62,903 nucleotides of DNA from Gammaproteobacteria bacterium (GTDB lineage: Bacteria; Pseudomonadota; Gammaproteobacteria; Ga0077536): NCBI GenBank assembly GCA_030429865.1, contig JAUIFX010000002.1, positions 1-62,903 on the forward strand. Reading direction: 5' to 3'. A program made the translations under genes and the position numbers. The notes beneath the pieces are model-generated. The model made no database searches and had not been told where the DNA came from. It worked only from the letters and a program-made list of their open reading frames with translations. This document shows, piece by piece, positions 8,252 to 18,638 of this stretch (positions are counted from its first letter, which is position 1; each line of letters starts with the position of its first letter).

Positions 8252-10225
8252 ATGTCACGACGATTGCCCGCCTTCGCGCGCCACGCACTGATCCTCATCT
8301 GTCTCGCCGCAACCGTGTCACCGGCCACGGCCACCGCGCAGGCCGATCCCCACGCGGCACAGCGCGAGCGTTTCGCCAAGGTGCTCGCTGCCCAGACGGC
8401 CGGCCGTCACGCGCAGGCGGCGGCGCTCGCGAGCGGCCTCGAGGATTACCCGCTCTACCCGTATTACCTCTACGAGGATCTGCGGCGGCGCCTGCACGAG
8501 TACCCGGTGGACGAGGTCGCGCGTTTCCTCAGTGCCTATCCCGGTTCGCTGCTCGCCACGCGACTGCGCGCGAGCTGGCTCACGCAGCTCGCCCGCGGCA
8601 AGCGCTGGCGCAACTACCTCGATTTCTACCAGGTCGGCGACGACGCCACCCTGCGCTGCCACCAGCTCGTCGCGCGCTTCGAGAGCGCCCAGCTCGAGGG
8701 CGCGCTGGCCGATACCCGGGCGACCTGGCTGAGCGGCGGGTCGCTGCCCGACGCGTGCGACCCGGCCTTCGCGCGGCTGTACGCGAGCGAGCTGATGACC
8801 GACGAGCTGGTCTGGCAACGCATCGCCCTGGCCATGGAAGCCGGTAATCGCGGGCTGGCCAGCTACCTCGCGCGACGTCTCGAGGCCCCGCGCCTGCAAC
8901 GCCTGCACGCGCTGTGGGACGAAGCCCACCGCCAACCGCAAGCGGTGCTTGCCCGCGGCGGGCTCGACGACGATAGCGTGACGCGCACGATCCTGCTGCA
9001 TGCCCTGGCCCGTCTCGCGCGCGGCAATCTCGAAGCTGCCGAGCGCGCCTGGGAACGGCTGCGCGAACGTCATGCCTGGAGCGCCGCGGAGCGTGGCGAG
9101 GCCGCGCGCACGCTGGCGCTGGCGGCTGCCGCCGCGGACCACCCGCGGCGCGTCGCGCTCCTCGACGCCGTACCGCCGGCCAGCGTGAACGATGCCGTCG
9201 AACGCTACCGCATCCGCGAAGGTATCCTCGCCCGCGCCTGGCCGGAACTGGTGCGCTGGACCGAGCATCCGCCGACGGGCGAGGTCAATGCGCTGCGCTG
9301 GCGCTACTGGCGTGCCGTGGCGCTGACGCACACCGGCGCGGCGGAAGCCGCGCGCATCCTGTTCGCCGACCTCGCCGGCGAACGCGACTATTACGGCTTC
9401 CTGGCCGCCGACCGCCTCGGTCGGCGCTACGACTTCGGCCACCGCCCGGTCGCCGCGAGCGACGCCGAACTCGCCGCGCTCCAGGCGCGGCCCGGCATCG
9501 CCCGCGCACGCGAACTCTACCTGCTCGAACGCCGCTACCCCGCGCGGCGCGAATGGTTCCACGAGATGTCGCGCCTCGAACGCCGCGAACTGGAAGTCGC
9601 GGCGACGCTCGCCACGGCATGGGGCTGGCGCAACCAGGCCATCTTCGCGCTCGGCCAGGCACGCTCCTACGACGACCTCGAGCTGCGTTTCCCGGTCATC
9701 CACGCCGAACTGGCCGAGAAGTATGCCGTTCAGCGCCAGCTCGACCCGGCCCGGGTGATGGCTCTGATCCGCTCCGAGAGCGCTTTCGTGGTCGACGCCC
9801 GCTCGCCCGCCGGCGCGCTCGGCCTGATGCAGCTGATGCCGGCCACGGCGCGGGAAATGGCGCGCCGCACCGGGCTGCGCCTCGAGCGGCTCGAGCGGCT
9901 CTACGAGCCGGCCGTCAACATCGCCCTCGGCACCGCGTACATGGAGCGCATGCTGGCGCGCTACGACGGCAACTTCGCCATGGCCGCGGCGGCGTATAAT
10001 GCCGGTCCGCAACGTGTACGGCAGTGGCAGGGCGGCAACTGCACGGCGGCCGAAATCTGGATCGACACGATCCCGTTCACCGAGACCCGCCGTTACGTCA
10101 GGCGCGCCTTTTTCTACGCCGCCGTCTACGAGTGGCGGCTGGGGCGCGACATTACGCCGCTGTCCAGCGTCATGCCCCCGATTCCCGCGGCGCGCTCGAA
10201 CGACATTTCGGATTGCAGGACATGA
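8252..10225 (+). CDS. slt: soluble lytic murein transglycosylase (Slt70-like)
   Basis: Signal peptide MSRRLPAFARHALILICLAATVSPATATA. Long superhelical repeat region. C-terminal lysozyme-like motifs ESAF, GLMQLMPATA and AYNAG. Confidence 0.9.
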   Translation: MSRRLPAFARHALILICLAATVSPATATAQADPHAAQRERFAKVLAAQTAGRHAQAAALASGLEDYPLYPYYLYEDLRRRLHEYPVDEVARFLSAYPGSLLATRLRASWLTQLARGKRWRNYLDFYQVGDDATLRCHQLVARFESAQLEGALADTRATWLSGGSLPDACDPAFARLYASELMTDELVWQRIALAMEAGNRGLASYLARRLEAPRLQRLHALWDEAHRQPQAVLARGGLDDDSVTRTILLHALARLARGNLEAAERAWERLRERHAWSAAERGEAARTLALAAAAADHPRRVALLDAVPPASVNDAVERYRIREGILARAWPELVRWTEHPPTGEVNALRWRYWRAVALTHTGAAEAARILFADLAGERDYYGFLAADRLGRRYDFGHRPVAASDAELAALQARPGIARARELYLLERRYPARREWFHEMSRLERRELEVAATLATAWGWRNQAIFALGQARSYDDLELRFPVIHAELAEKYAVQRQLDPARVMALIRSESAFVVDARSPAGALGLMQLMPATAREMARRTGLRLERLERLYEPAVNIALGTAYMERMLARYDGNFAMAAAAYNAGPQRVRQWQGGNCTAAEIWIDTIPFTETRRYVRRAFFYAAVYEWRLGRDITPLSSVMPPIPAARSNDISDCRT

Positions 10226-11187
10226 ACAGAACCACTATCGGACTACTCGGCGGCAGCGGCTTCGTCGGCGGCGTGCTCGCCAACCGGCTGGTCACGGCCG
10301 GCTACGCGGTACGCATCTTCACCCGCGCCCGCGCCCATGCGCGCGAGTCGTGGCTGCTGCCCGATACCGACGTCGTCGAGGTCGACAGCACCGAGCAGGA
10401 ACAGCTCAACGACGCCTTCGAAGGCTGTGCCGCGGTCGTCAACCTGGTCGGCATCCTCAACGAGCGCGGTGACAACGGCGCCGGCTTCCGCCGCGCCCAT
10501 GTCGATGTCGCCGCGCGCGCCGCCAAGGCCTGCAAGCACGCCGACGTCCCGCAGCTCGTGCACCTCAGCGCCCTCAACGCCGACAGTTTCGCCGCCAGCC
10601 ACTACCTGCGCAGCAAGGGTGAGGCGGAGAAACTGCTCGCCGAGGAGAACGGGCGCGTGCTCCGGGTGACCGTCATGCGGCCTTCGGTGATCTTCGGCGC
10701 GCACGACGATTTCACCAATCGCTTCGCCCGCCTCATCCGGCTGAGCCCCGGCGTATTCCCGCTGGCCTGCGCCGAGGCGCGCCTGCAGCCGGTCTATGTC
10801 GGCGACGTCGCCGACGCCATCCTGCGGGTCATCGCCGATCGCGCCCTCGGCGGCCAGCGCTACGAGCTGGCCGGACCGGACGTCATCACGCTGGGCGAGC
10901 TGGTGCGCTACATCGGTGAGCTCATCGGTCACCCGGTGCGCGTGATCCCGCTCGGCAGTACGTTGTCGAAGCTGCAGGCGAACGTTCTCGAGCACGTCCC
11001 CGGCAAGCCGTTCTCGCGCGACAACCTGCGCTCGCTGCAGGAGGATTCGGTGCTGACCCAGGGCAACGGCCTCGAAGCGCTCGGCATCGTACCCACGCCG
11101 ATGCGGGTCATCCTGCCCGATTACCTCGCCCACAGCGGTACGCGTCATCGGTATTATGACTATCGCACCACCGCGCGGCGCGACTGA
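10222..11187 (+). CDS. NAD(P)H-binding NDUFA9/NmrA-like SDR family protein
   Basis: N-terminal Rossmann GGSGFVGG and YLRSKGEAE (YxxxK). The ATG overlaps the slt stop (ATGA at 10222-10225). Confidence 0.8.
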   Translation: MNRTTIGLLGGSGFVGGVLANRLVTAGYAVRIFTRARAHARESWLLPDTDVVEVDSTEQEQLNDAFEGCAAVVNLVGILNERGDNGAGFRRAHVDVAARAAKACKHADVPQLVHLSALNADSFAASHYLRSKGEAEKLLAEENGRVLRVTVMRPSVIFGAHDDFTNRFARLIRLSPGVFPLACAEARLQPVYVGDVADAILRVIADRALGGQRYELAGPDVITLGELVRYIGELIGHPVRVIPLGSTLSKLQANVLEHVPGKPFSRDNLRSLQEDSVLTQGNGLEALGIVPTPMRVILPDYLAHSGTRHRYYDYRTTARRD

Positions 11188-11279
11188 GACGAGACACGCG
11201 TCGTCGTCGCCCGGCGCGTGCGGCCGGTTGCATCGCGCCCGTTCCGGCTCACCCGCCGCGGCGGCCTGACCCGCCCGTC

Positions 11280-12485
11280 ATGGAGATCTACGAAGTCGGC
11301 GGCGCCGTGCGCGACGGTCTGCTCGGCCGCCCGGTCGAGGATCGCGACTGGGTCGTGGTCGGCGCGAACGAGGACGCCATGCTGGCACGCGGCTTCCGCA
11401 AAGTCGGCGCCGACTTCCCCGTCTTCCTGCATCCCGAAACGCACGAGGAGTACGCCCTCGCCCGCACCGAACGCAAGGCCGGGCACGGCTACAAGGGCTT
11501 CGTGACCGACGCCGAGGGCGTCACCCTCGAGCAAGACCTCGCGCGGCGCGACTTCACCATCAACGCCATGGCGCGGGATGCCGGCGGCCGTCTCGTCGAT
11601 CCCTACGGTGGCCAGCGCGACCTCGCCGCCGGGCTCCTGCGCCACGTCACCGAGGCCTTCGCCGAGGATCCGCTGCGCGTCCTGCGCGGCGCGCGTTTCG
11701 CGGCGCGCTTCGGTTTCGCCATCGCGCCGGAGACGATGGCGCTGATGCGGCGCATGGCGGCCGCGGGCGAGCTCGCCACGCTCGCGCCCGAGCGTGTCTG
11801 GCAGGAGCTCGCGCGCGCGCTCGACGAAACGCACCCGGAACGCTTCGTCACCGTGCTGCGGGAATGCGGTGCGCTGGCCGCCCTGTTCCCCGAAATCGAC
11901 TGCCTGTTCGGCGTGCCACAGCCGGCGCGCCACCATCCCGAGATCGATACCGGTGAGCACATCCTCCTCGCGCTCGCCCAGGCCGCGCGCTGGCAGGCGC
12001 CGCAGACGGTACGCTTTGCCGTGCTCGTGCACGACCTCGGCAAGGGCACGACGCCGGTCGAGAAACTGCCCTCGCACCACGGGCACGACGTACGCGGCGT
12101 CGCCCTGATCGAGGCGTTGTGCGAGCGCATCCGCGCGCCGCGCGAACACCGCGACCTGGCGTGCCTGGTGTCGCGCCTGCACATCCGCGCCCATCGCGTG
12201 CTCGAACTCCGGCCGCCCGCGCTGCTGCGCCTGCTCGAACAGGCCGACGCCTGGCGGCGGCGCGAGCGCTTCGAGCTGCTGCTCATGGCCTGCGCCATCG
12301 ACGCCACCGGCCGTGCCGGCTTCAGCGAACGACCCTACCCGCAGGCCGAACGCCTGCGCCAGGCGGCGGACATCGCCAGCGCGGTCGATGCACGGGCGAT
12401 TGCCGCAAGCGGCGTCAGTGGGCCCGCACTCGGCGAGGCGATTCGCGCCGCCCGCCTCGAAGCACTCACTCGCAGCGGTATCTGA
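11280..12485 (+). CDS. cca: multifunctional CCA-adding enzyme (tRNA nucleotidyltransferase with HD domain)
   Basis: [36 protein letters not shown]. Confidence 0.9.
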   Translation: MEIYEVGGAVRDGLLGRPVEDRDWVVVGANEDAMLARGFRKVGADFPVFLHPETHEEYALARTERKAGHGYKGFVTDAEGVTLEQDLARRDFTINAMARDAGGRLVDPYGGQRDLAAGLLRHVTEAFAEDPLRVLRGARFAARFGFAIAPETMALMRRMAAAGELATLAPERVWQELARALDETHPERFVTVLRECGALAALFPEIDCLFGVPQPARHHPEIDTGEHILLALAQAARWQAPQTVRFAVLVHDLGKGTTPVEKLPSHHGHDVRGVALIEALCERIRAPREHRDLACLVSRLHIRAHRVLELRPPALLRLLEQADAWRRRERFELLLMACAIDATGRAGFSERPYPQAERLRQAADIASAVDARAIAASGVSGPALGEAIRAARLEALTRSGI

Positions 12486-13377
12486 TCGCGAACTCCTCTT
12501 CGTTGTCCGGTGGCTTGCCGGGAACGATGATGCCGCTGCCGGCAAGGCGCAGGGACTCGCGCTTGAGCGGGTAACGCGTGCCGTCGTCCATGATCACCAC
12601 CGAGCCGTTGGTGCTGTTGTCCGTGATGGTGCAGCGCCCGCGGCTGAACTGCGCAGAGAGGTGCTGGCGCGAGACGAGATCCTTGCGCACGACGAGGTCG
12701 TTGTGCTCGCCGCGCCCGATCGAGACGACCGGCCGCGCGGCATCGACGGTCAGGCTGTCACCGCCGTAGGTGAATACGACGCGCACGCAGCGCCGGGCGT
12801 CGCGCGGCGCGGTCTGTTCACCCGCGTAGGCCGTGATCGTCTCGACATTCCAGATGATCTCGTAGAGTTCGACGTGCTCGAGCGACACCGCGTTCCAGGT
12901 CTCGTCGTCGACGTAGCGGGACACGGCGCGGAAGATCCGCGGCAGCTCGTCGATGACCGCGCGGGTGGCGAGCGTCTGCTCGGGCTTGGCGTTGTGCCCG
13001 GCCCAGTCCGCGATCTTGCCCGTGGTGCTGGCGAGGGCCTCGTTGCCGGGCGGAACCGCGCCACAGTGCAGACCGATGCGCATGCGCATCTCGCGCCCCC
13101 CGCGTGGCGGCTGATCATGGAGGCACTCGTGGATGCCGCTCGCCGCCGCCGCGGCATCGGTCGCTCGTTCGAACGAGACCAGCAGTTGATCGCCCGCCTC
13201 GGCCAGCACCTCGCCGTGGTGATCGCGGCAGAGGCGGCGCGCCGTGTCGAGCATGCGGGCGACGATCTCGCGTGCCTCGGCGTCGCCGAGAGTCTCGTAC
13301 AGCGCCGTGCTGCCGACGATGTCGGCGGACATCACGACCTTGTGCCCAACCAATGATGGCGCACGCTCGCCAGCCAA
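12466..13377 (-). CDS. class III nucleotidyl cyclase-like domain fused to a C-terminal FHA domain
   Basis: Cyclase motifs [29 protein letters not shown] motifs [11 protein letters not shown]...VSRQH...STNGS. TTG at 13377 follows a gagggg SD. Alternative starts are GTG 13335 and ATG 13332. Confidence 0.75.
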   Translation of the reverse strand: MAGERAPSLVGHKVVMSADIVGSTALYETLGDAEAREIVARMLDTARRLCRDHHGEVLAEAGDQLLVSFERATDAAAAASGIHECLHDQPPRGGREMRMRIGLHCGAVPPGNEALASTTGKIADWAGHNAKPEQTLATRAVIDELPRIFRAVSRYVDDETWNAVSLEHVELYEIIWNVETITAYAGEQTAPRDARRCVRVVFTYGGDSLTVDAARPVVSIGRGEHNDLVVRKDLVSRQHLSAQFSRGRCTITDNSTNGSVVIMDDGTRYPLKRESLRLAGSGIIVPGKPPDNEEEFAIRYRCE

Positions 13378-13492
13378 CGTTTTCCCCTCGCTCAACGATC
13401 CTTGCTCAGCCGGCCCTGGAAAAGTGGCCGGACGCGACGGTATCACGTCGCCCGCCAGGTCTCCATGCGCGGGATCAACACATCGGCAGCGC

Positions 13493-14119
13493 TCAGTGCG
13501 CCGTACCCCACAGCTCCTCGAGCCGCTGGTCGCGCCCGCAGTTGTAACGGTAGAAGCGATAACGGAACGCGTTCTTGACGTAGAAATCCTGGTGGTAGTC
13601 CTCGGCCGGGTAGAACGTGGCGGCATCCTCGATGGTCACGACGATGTCTCCGGAGAACGGCTTGTTCCGTTCGAGCGCCGCACGCGAGGCCTCCGCCGCG
13701 GCCCGCTGCGCCGCGTCGTGGACGAAGATCGCGGGGCGGTACTGGTTGCCGTGGTCACAGAACTGTCCGTCGGCCGTGGTCGGGTCGACGTTGTGCCAGA
13801 AGACGTCTAGCAGGCGCTCGTAACTGACGCGCTCGGCATCGTAGACGACCTGCACGGCCTCGGCATGGCCGGTCTTGCCGCGCGAGACCTGGTCATAAGT
13901 GGGGTTCTCGACACTGCCGCCGATGTAGCCGGAGGTGGTCGAGACGACTCCCTCGAGGACGTCGAAGGGGCCCTCCATGCACCAGAAACAGCCGCCCGCG
14001 AACGTCGCCACCGCGCGCTCGCCGACCGCTTCCTCCGCCGCCACGGCCACGGCCGGCGCGAGCCACGCGCACAGACAGGCGGCGAGCGCCGACACGATAC
14101 GAACTCGGACGCGGGGCAT
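13493..14119 (-). CDS. msrA: peptide-methionine (S)-S-oxide reductase MsrA with a signal peptide
   Basis: GGCFWCMEG active site and GHAEAVQVVYD. N-terminus MPRVRVRIVSALAACLCAWLAPAVAVAAEE looks like a cleavable signal. Confidence 0.9.
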   Translation of the reverse strand: MPRVRVRIVSALAACLCAWLAPAVAVAAEEAVGERAVATFAGGCFWCMEGPFDVLEGVVSTTSGYIGGSVENPTYDQVSRGKTGHAEAVQVVYDAERVSYERLLDVFWHNVDPTTADGQFCDHGNQYRPAIFVHDAAQRAAAEASRAALERNKPFSGDIVVTIEDAATFYPAEDYHQDFYVKNAFRYRFYRYNCGRDQRLEELWGTAH

Positions 14120-14201
14120 GGCGAAGCTCCTGGGTAGATGCACGGGAGTGCCTTGAGACCGCCGCGGGCGCGCTAAGTTGCAGTGCGTCGCGCGCAGCCG
14201 T

Positions 14202-14999
14202 CTACCAGAACATCCATACCAGCCAGGCACCGAGCAGCAGTCGATAGAGTGCGAACGGCCACATGCCGACACGCTCGATGAAGCGCAGGAACAACACGAT
14301 GCAGACCAGCGCGCTGAACCCCGAACAAGCGGCGACGAGCGCGAGCTGACCCCAGGGTTGCGGACCCCCGGCGCTGACGAGCTCGAGCGCTTCGAGGCCG
14401 CCGGCGAGCACGATGACCGGGATCGAGAGCAGGAACGAGAAGCGCGCACCGGCGGCGCGCGAGAGGCCGGCGGCAAGGGCCGCGGTCATCGTGATACCGG
14501 AACGCGACACGCCCGGAATCAGCGCGAGCGCCTGCGCGGCGCCGATCAGCAGCACGTCGCGCCAGCCGAGCGAGCCGAGCTCGCGGCGCCGTGCGCCGAG
14601 ACGATCGGCGAGCCACAACAGGACACCGAAGATGACCGTGGTGGCAGCGATGACGAGTGGCGAGCGCAGGTTGTTGGCGATGAAATCGTGGCCGAGCAGG
14701 CCGACCAGGCCGACCGGGATCGTCCCCAGCAGCACGGCCCACGCGAGGCGTGCCTCGGGATTGCTCTCGCGCCGCGCGAGCGCCAGGCACCAGCCGCGGC
14801 TGAGGGCGAGGATGTCATGGCGAAAATAAGCGCACACCGCGGCCAGGCTGCCGAGATGGGCGGCGACGTCGAAGGCCAGTCCCTGGTCGGGCCAGTCGGT
14901 CACCGCCGGGAGCAGGATAAGGTGCGCCGAACTCGAGATGGGCAGGAACTCGGTGACGCCCTGCAGCAGGGCGAGCACGATGATGTGAAAGGTGGTCAC
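14202..14999 (-). CDS. uppP: undecaprenyl-diphosphate phosphatase
   Basis: LLQGVTEFLPISSSAHL and PGVSRSG motifs. Polytopic membrane protein of 265 aa. Confidence 0.9.
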   Translation of the reverse strand: MTTFHIIVLALLQGVTEFLPISSSAHLILLPAVTDWPDQGLAFDVAAHLGSLAAVCAYFRHDILALSRGWCLALARRESNPEARLAWAVLLGTIPVGLVGLLGHDFIANNLRSPLVIAATTVIFGVLLWLADRLGARRRELGSLGWRDVLLIGAAQALALIPGVSRSGITMTAALAAGLSRAAGARFSFLLSIPVIVLAGGLEALELVSAGGPQPWGQLALVAACSGFSALVCIVLFLRFIERVGMWPFALYRLLLGAWLVWMFW

Positions 15000-15172
15000 G
15001 CGCTGGTCCGTCCTCGACGTCGCGATGAATCAGGCAAGCTCTGCACGGGCAGCCGCCGTGTCCGCCGATGGCCTCGGGCGAGGCCCGCACCGGTCACCCG
15101 GACCGCGAGGTCGCGCGGCGCAAACGGCCCGGCCGCACCGCTGAGCGGCGGCGCCCGCGCCGTCGCGCCTGC

Positions 15173-16351
15173 TCAACGCACGAAACCGTCCAGGCGGTGA
15201 CGTTCGTCGATGGCGAAGCCGCAGAGCGCCGCATCATAATCGATCGCCAACGCCATGAACTTGAACGTTTCGCCCATTTCGCCTGGCAGCAACAATCGTT
15301 TTGCTTCCTGTGCGCGGGCGTAATCGTCGACCGCCGAAGCGCCGGCGGCATCGGCCAGGATCCGCTCGAGACCGCAGCCGATGAGAAAGCGCGCCTGCGT
15401 GGCATAACCGGCGACGCGGAAGCCGGCCGCGGCAGCGGCCTCGGCCAGATGGGTGAAGTCGACCGAGACGGTGAGGTCCTGCAAGCCCGGCAGGAAGAAC
15501 GGATCGTCATGCACGTGGTGGCGGTAGTGACACTTGAGCGTACCGTCGCGGCGCGCCGGGTGCAGGTACTCGTGGCGCGCATAACCGTAATCGGCGATCA
15601 GCGCGACGCCCCGCGACAGCACGCCGGCGAGCCCTTCGCACCAGGACTCGAGGCCTGGCAGGTATTCGCTCACGTAGCCGGCCGGGTGGGCGGCGAGTGC
15701 GGCGAGAAACGCGGCCGGCGGCGGCGGTTCCGGGCGGCCCATCGCGCGCCATGCGAAGGCGTCGCCGTCGAGCCCCACCCCCAGCGCCTCCGGCCCCGCC
15801 TCGGCGGCACGTACGCGTGCCGCCGGCATCGCGTCGAGCACCTCGTTGGCGACGATCACGCCGACGCCGGCGGCGACGTGATCGGCCGACCAGGTGACGC
15901 GCTCGACGAGGGCCGGCACGGCGCGTTCGAGATGCGCGCGCTGACGCGCACGCAACGCCGCGCTTGGCTCGACGATGTGGTAGCGCAAATTCGGATCGGC
16001 GCCGAGCAGCGCGCCACACAACGCCGCGGCGAGCCGGCCGCTGCCGGCGCCGTATTCGACGATGACCTCGCCGTCTTCGGCGAGGATGTCGCGGCACTGG
16101 CGTGCGAGACAGGCGGCAAACAAGTCACCGCTCTCCGGCGCGGTGACGAAATCGCCGGCCGCTCCGAAGATCGGATTGTCCGACGCGTAGTAGCCGAGCC
16201 CCGGTTCGTAGAGCGCACGGCGCATGTAATCGGCGAACGGGATCGCGCCGGCGGGGCTGGCCGCGATGTCCGCACGGATCAGCGCGGCGAGGCGCCGGGA
16301 GCGCGCTAGCCCCGCCGGATCCGGATCCGGTAAGCTTGCCGGCGCACTCAT
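15173..16351 (-). CDS. SAM-dependent methyltransferase, MidA/NDUFAF7 (DUF185) family
   Basis: FADYMRRALYEPGLGYY, GDFVTAPE, VEYGAGSGRLA. Confidence 0.8.
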   Translation of the reverse strand: MSAPASLPDPDPAGLARSRRLAALIRADIAASPAGAIPFADYMRRALYEPGLGYYASDNPIFGAAGDFVTAPESGDLFAACLARQCRDILAEDGEVIVEYGAGSGRLAAALCGALLGADPNLRYHIVEPSAALRARQRAHLERAVPALVERVTWSADHVAAGVGVIVANEVLDAMPAARVRAAEAGPEALGVGLDGDAFAWRAMGRPEPPPPAAFLAALAAHPAGYVSEYLPGLESWCEGLAGVLSRGVALIADYGYARHEYLHPARRDGTLKCHYRHHVHDDPFFLPGLQDLTVSVDFTHLAEAAAAAGFRVAGYATQARFLIGCGLERILADAAGASAVDDYARAQEAKRLLLPGEMGETFKFMALAIDYDAALCGFAIDERHRLDGFVR

Positions 16352-16359
16352 AGCCAGAG

Positions 16360-17151
16360 GTGGCCGCGCCGACGGGCGGGCCAGTCGTCATCAGCGCGCA
16401 AGCATCCCGCACAACACCCGCCGCGTCGTCTCCGGTCGCGCTCATCACCGGCGCCGCGAAACGCCTCGGCGCCGTCACCGCCCGACGCCTGCACGGCGCC
16501 GGCTACGACATCGCGATCCACTACCACACTTCGGCTGGCGAAGCGCGCGCACTCGCCGCGGAACTCAACGAGGATCGCGCCGGCTCGGCGTTCGTGCTGC
16601 GGCAGAATCTCGCCGCACGCGACGCCGGCGAGCGCCTCGTGCGCAACTTCGCCAGGAAGGCAACGCGCCTCGACGTGCTGATCAACAATGCGTCGGTTTT
16701 CGATGCAACGGACCTCGACGCGGCCGAGCCGGGCGCCTGGGAGCACATGCAGGCGATCAACCTGCGCACGCCCTACTTCCTGTGCCTGCACGCCGCGCCG
16801 CTGCTGCGGCGGCAGCGTGGTGCGATCATCAACATCGCCGACATCCACGCCGAACGGCCGCGCGCCGGGTACTCGATGTACTGCACGTCGAAGGCCGGCC
16901 TGCTCGCGGTGACACGCTCGCTCGCGCTCGAACTCGCGCCCGAGATCCGCGTCAACGGCATCTCTCCCGGCGCCATCCTGTGGGCCGACAGCGAAGATGC
17001 CGCGCTGCGCCGGGACGCCCTGCGCGCGACCCCGCTGGGCCGCCGTGGCGAGCCCTCGGACATCGCCGAGGCGGTGCTCTACCTGGTCCGCGCGGGCTAC
17101 GTCACGGGCCAGGTCATCAACGTCGACGGCGGCCGCTCGCTGCACATGTGA
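16360..17151 (+). CDS. short-chain dehydrogenase, pteridine reductase (FolM)-like
   Basis: ALITGAAKRLG Rossmann motif, NNAS, YCTSK (YxxxK), GYVTGQVINVDGG. GTG at 16360 is the only in-frame start upstream of the glycine motif. Confidence 0.7.
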   Translation: MAAPTGGPVVISAQASRTTPAASSPVALITGAAKRLGAVTARRLHGAGYDIAIHYHTSAGEARALAAELNEDRAGSAFVLRQNLAARDAGERLVRNFARKATRLDVLINNASVFDATDLDAAEPGAWEHMQAINLRTPYFLCLHAAPLLRRQRGAIINIADIHAERPRAGYSMYCTSKAGLLAVTRSLALELAPEIRVNGISPGAILWADSEDAALRRDALRATPLGRRGEPSDIAEAVLYLVRAGYVTGQVINVDGGRSLHM

Positions 17152-17287
17152 GCGCAACGCCGCCATCGCGGCCACGGGCGCGCCTGGATACGTGTCGGGC
17201 CACGGTGCATGTCGTTCGGCGCAGAGCATGGATGGCGTTCGAAGGGCTGTCGTCCGGTGCGAGCCGGCCGCGCGCGGTCGCGACGCC

Positions 17288-17725
17288 TCAGCGGCGCGTC
17301 AAGCCGAAAGCCGGCAGGGGTGAGCCCAGGTACCAGCGCCCGGAGTCGTCGTCGTACCACCAGAACTGTTCGTCGCGCAGTTCCTTGACCACCCCGGAAT
17401 CGACGTCGTAGTACTCGATCAACGCGACCACGCGGCCCTCGCGGCCCGTGTCGGCGACGAGCTTGGTACCGATGTCGTAGCCGGTCACGCGGTAGCGCGC
17501 GACGCGCGCGAGGTCGGCGTCGACCGCGCTGCCGTCACGGGCGCGCAGGACCTTGGCCGCTTCGTCGTAGTAACCCCAGCGCAGCAGCTTGCCATAGGTC
17601 TTCACCGCGGCATCGAAGTCGTCGGTGCGCGAGCGCTTGGCGACCAGCGGCACCTCGGAACAGGCCGCGAGCAGGGCCGCCGCGAGCAGCGCGATGCCGA
17701 TCCGCAGCGCGCACCGCGTGGCCAT
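17288..17725 (-). CDS. hypothetical lipoprotein
   Basis: Lipobox LLAAC after MATRCALRIGIALLAAA. Starts 11 nt after the folK stop. No family recognised. Confidence 0.55.
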   Translation of the reverse strand: MATRCALRIGIALLAAALLAACSEVPLVAKRSRTDDFDAAVKTYGKLLRWGYYDEAAKVLRARDGSAVDADLARVARYRVTGYDIGTKLVADTGREGRVVALIEYYDVDSGVVKELRDEQFWWYDDDSGRWYLGSPLPAFGLTRR

Positions 17726-17736
17726 GCGCCGCGCGT

Positions 17737-18282
17737 TCACGGGCAGGCCACCGGGTCGCCGCGCAGCGGCTGCGCGAGCGGCGGCAACTCGTTCGGCGCC
17801 ACCACGTGCAGGGGCAGCGCGCCCGGCGCCGCGGCCTGCCACAGCTCGGCGAGCGTCGCGTTGCACGCCGGATGACGCCAGCCCGGCAGCAGTTCGGCGA
17901 GCGGCGCGAGCACGTAGCTCGCGCGCTCGAGCGCCGCGAGCGGCAGGTCGAACTGGTCGCCGTCGGGCGGCGGTGCGCGCAGCAGCAACACGTCGAGATC
18001 GAGCGCGACCGCACCGGCGGCATCGGCGCCACGGGTGCGCCCGCACAAGTCCTCGATGGTCTTCAGCTGCGCGCGCAGCTGCGAATAGTTGAGCACGGTG
18101 TCGAACGCGACGACGAGATTCCAGTAGGCCTCGCCGACGCCATCGACCGGCGCGCTTTCGTAGACGGTGGACAGTTCGAGCTCACCGAACTGCTGGCCGA
18201 GGCTGCGCAGGCCGCAGGCCAGGCTCGGCGCGCGCGCGACGTTGCTGCCGATGCCGACGTAGGCGCGTCGCTTGAGACTCAT
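17737..18282 (-). CDS. folK: 2-amino-4-hydroxy-6-hydroxymethyldihydropteridine diphosphokinase
   Basis: AYVGIGSN, STVYESAP, LDLDVLL. The start overlaps the folB stop (ATGA at 18279-18282). Confidence 0.85.
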   Translation of the reverse strand: MSLKRRAYVGIGSNVARAPSLACGLRSLGQQFGELELSTVYESAPVDGVGEAYWNLVVAFDTVLNYSQLRAQLKTIEDLCGRTRGADAAGAVALDLDVLLLRAPPPDGDQFDLPLAALERASYVLAPLAELLPGWRHPACNATLAELWQAAAPGALPLHVVAPNELPPLAQPLRGDPVACP

Positions 18283-18638
18283 CCGCCGCGCTCCCCGCGC
18301 TCGATCACGATGCCCACCTCGCGCACCTCGCGCAGCACGCCGGGCTTGCGGATGCGCAGGCGGATCCAGCGCACATCGAACTCGCCGAGCACGGTGCGCG
18401 TGAGATTCTCGCCCAGCGCCTCGACGAGCTGGTAGCTGCTCGCACGCGTGAACTCGATGATGCGATCGGTGACCGCCTTGTAATCGACGGTGTGGACGAG
18501 GTCGTCACTCGTGCCGGCCTCGCGCATGTCGGTGCCGAGCTCGACGTCCATGATCAGCGTCTGGCGGATGCGCCGCTCCCACTCCCACACCCCGATCAGG
18601 GCGTCGACACGCAGTTCGTTGAGAAAGACGATGTCCAT
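18279..18638 (-). CDS. folB: dihydroneopterin aldolase
   Basis: 119 aa from MDIVFLNELRVDALIGVWEWERRIRQ, then DYKAV...I. Typical FolB size and N-terminus. Confidence 0.85.
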   Translation of the reverse strand: MDIVFLNELRVDALIGVWEWERRIRQTLIMDVELGTDMREAGTSDDLVHTVDYKAVTDRIIEFTRASSYQLVEALGENLTRTVLGEFDVRWIRLRIRKPGVLREVREVGIVIERGERGG

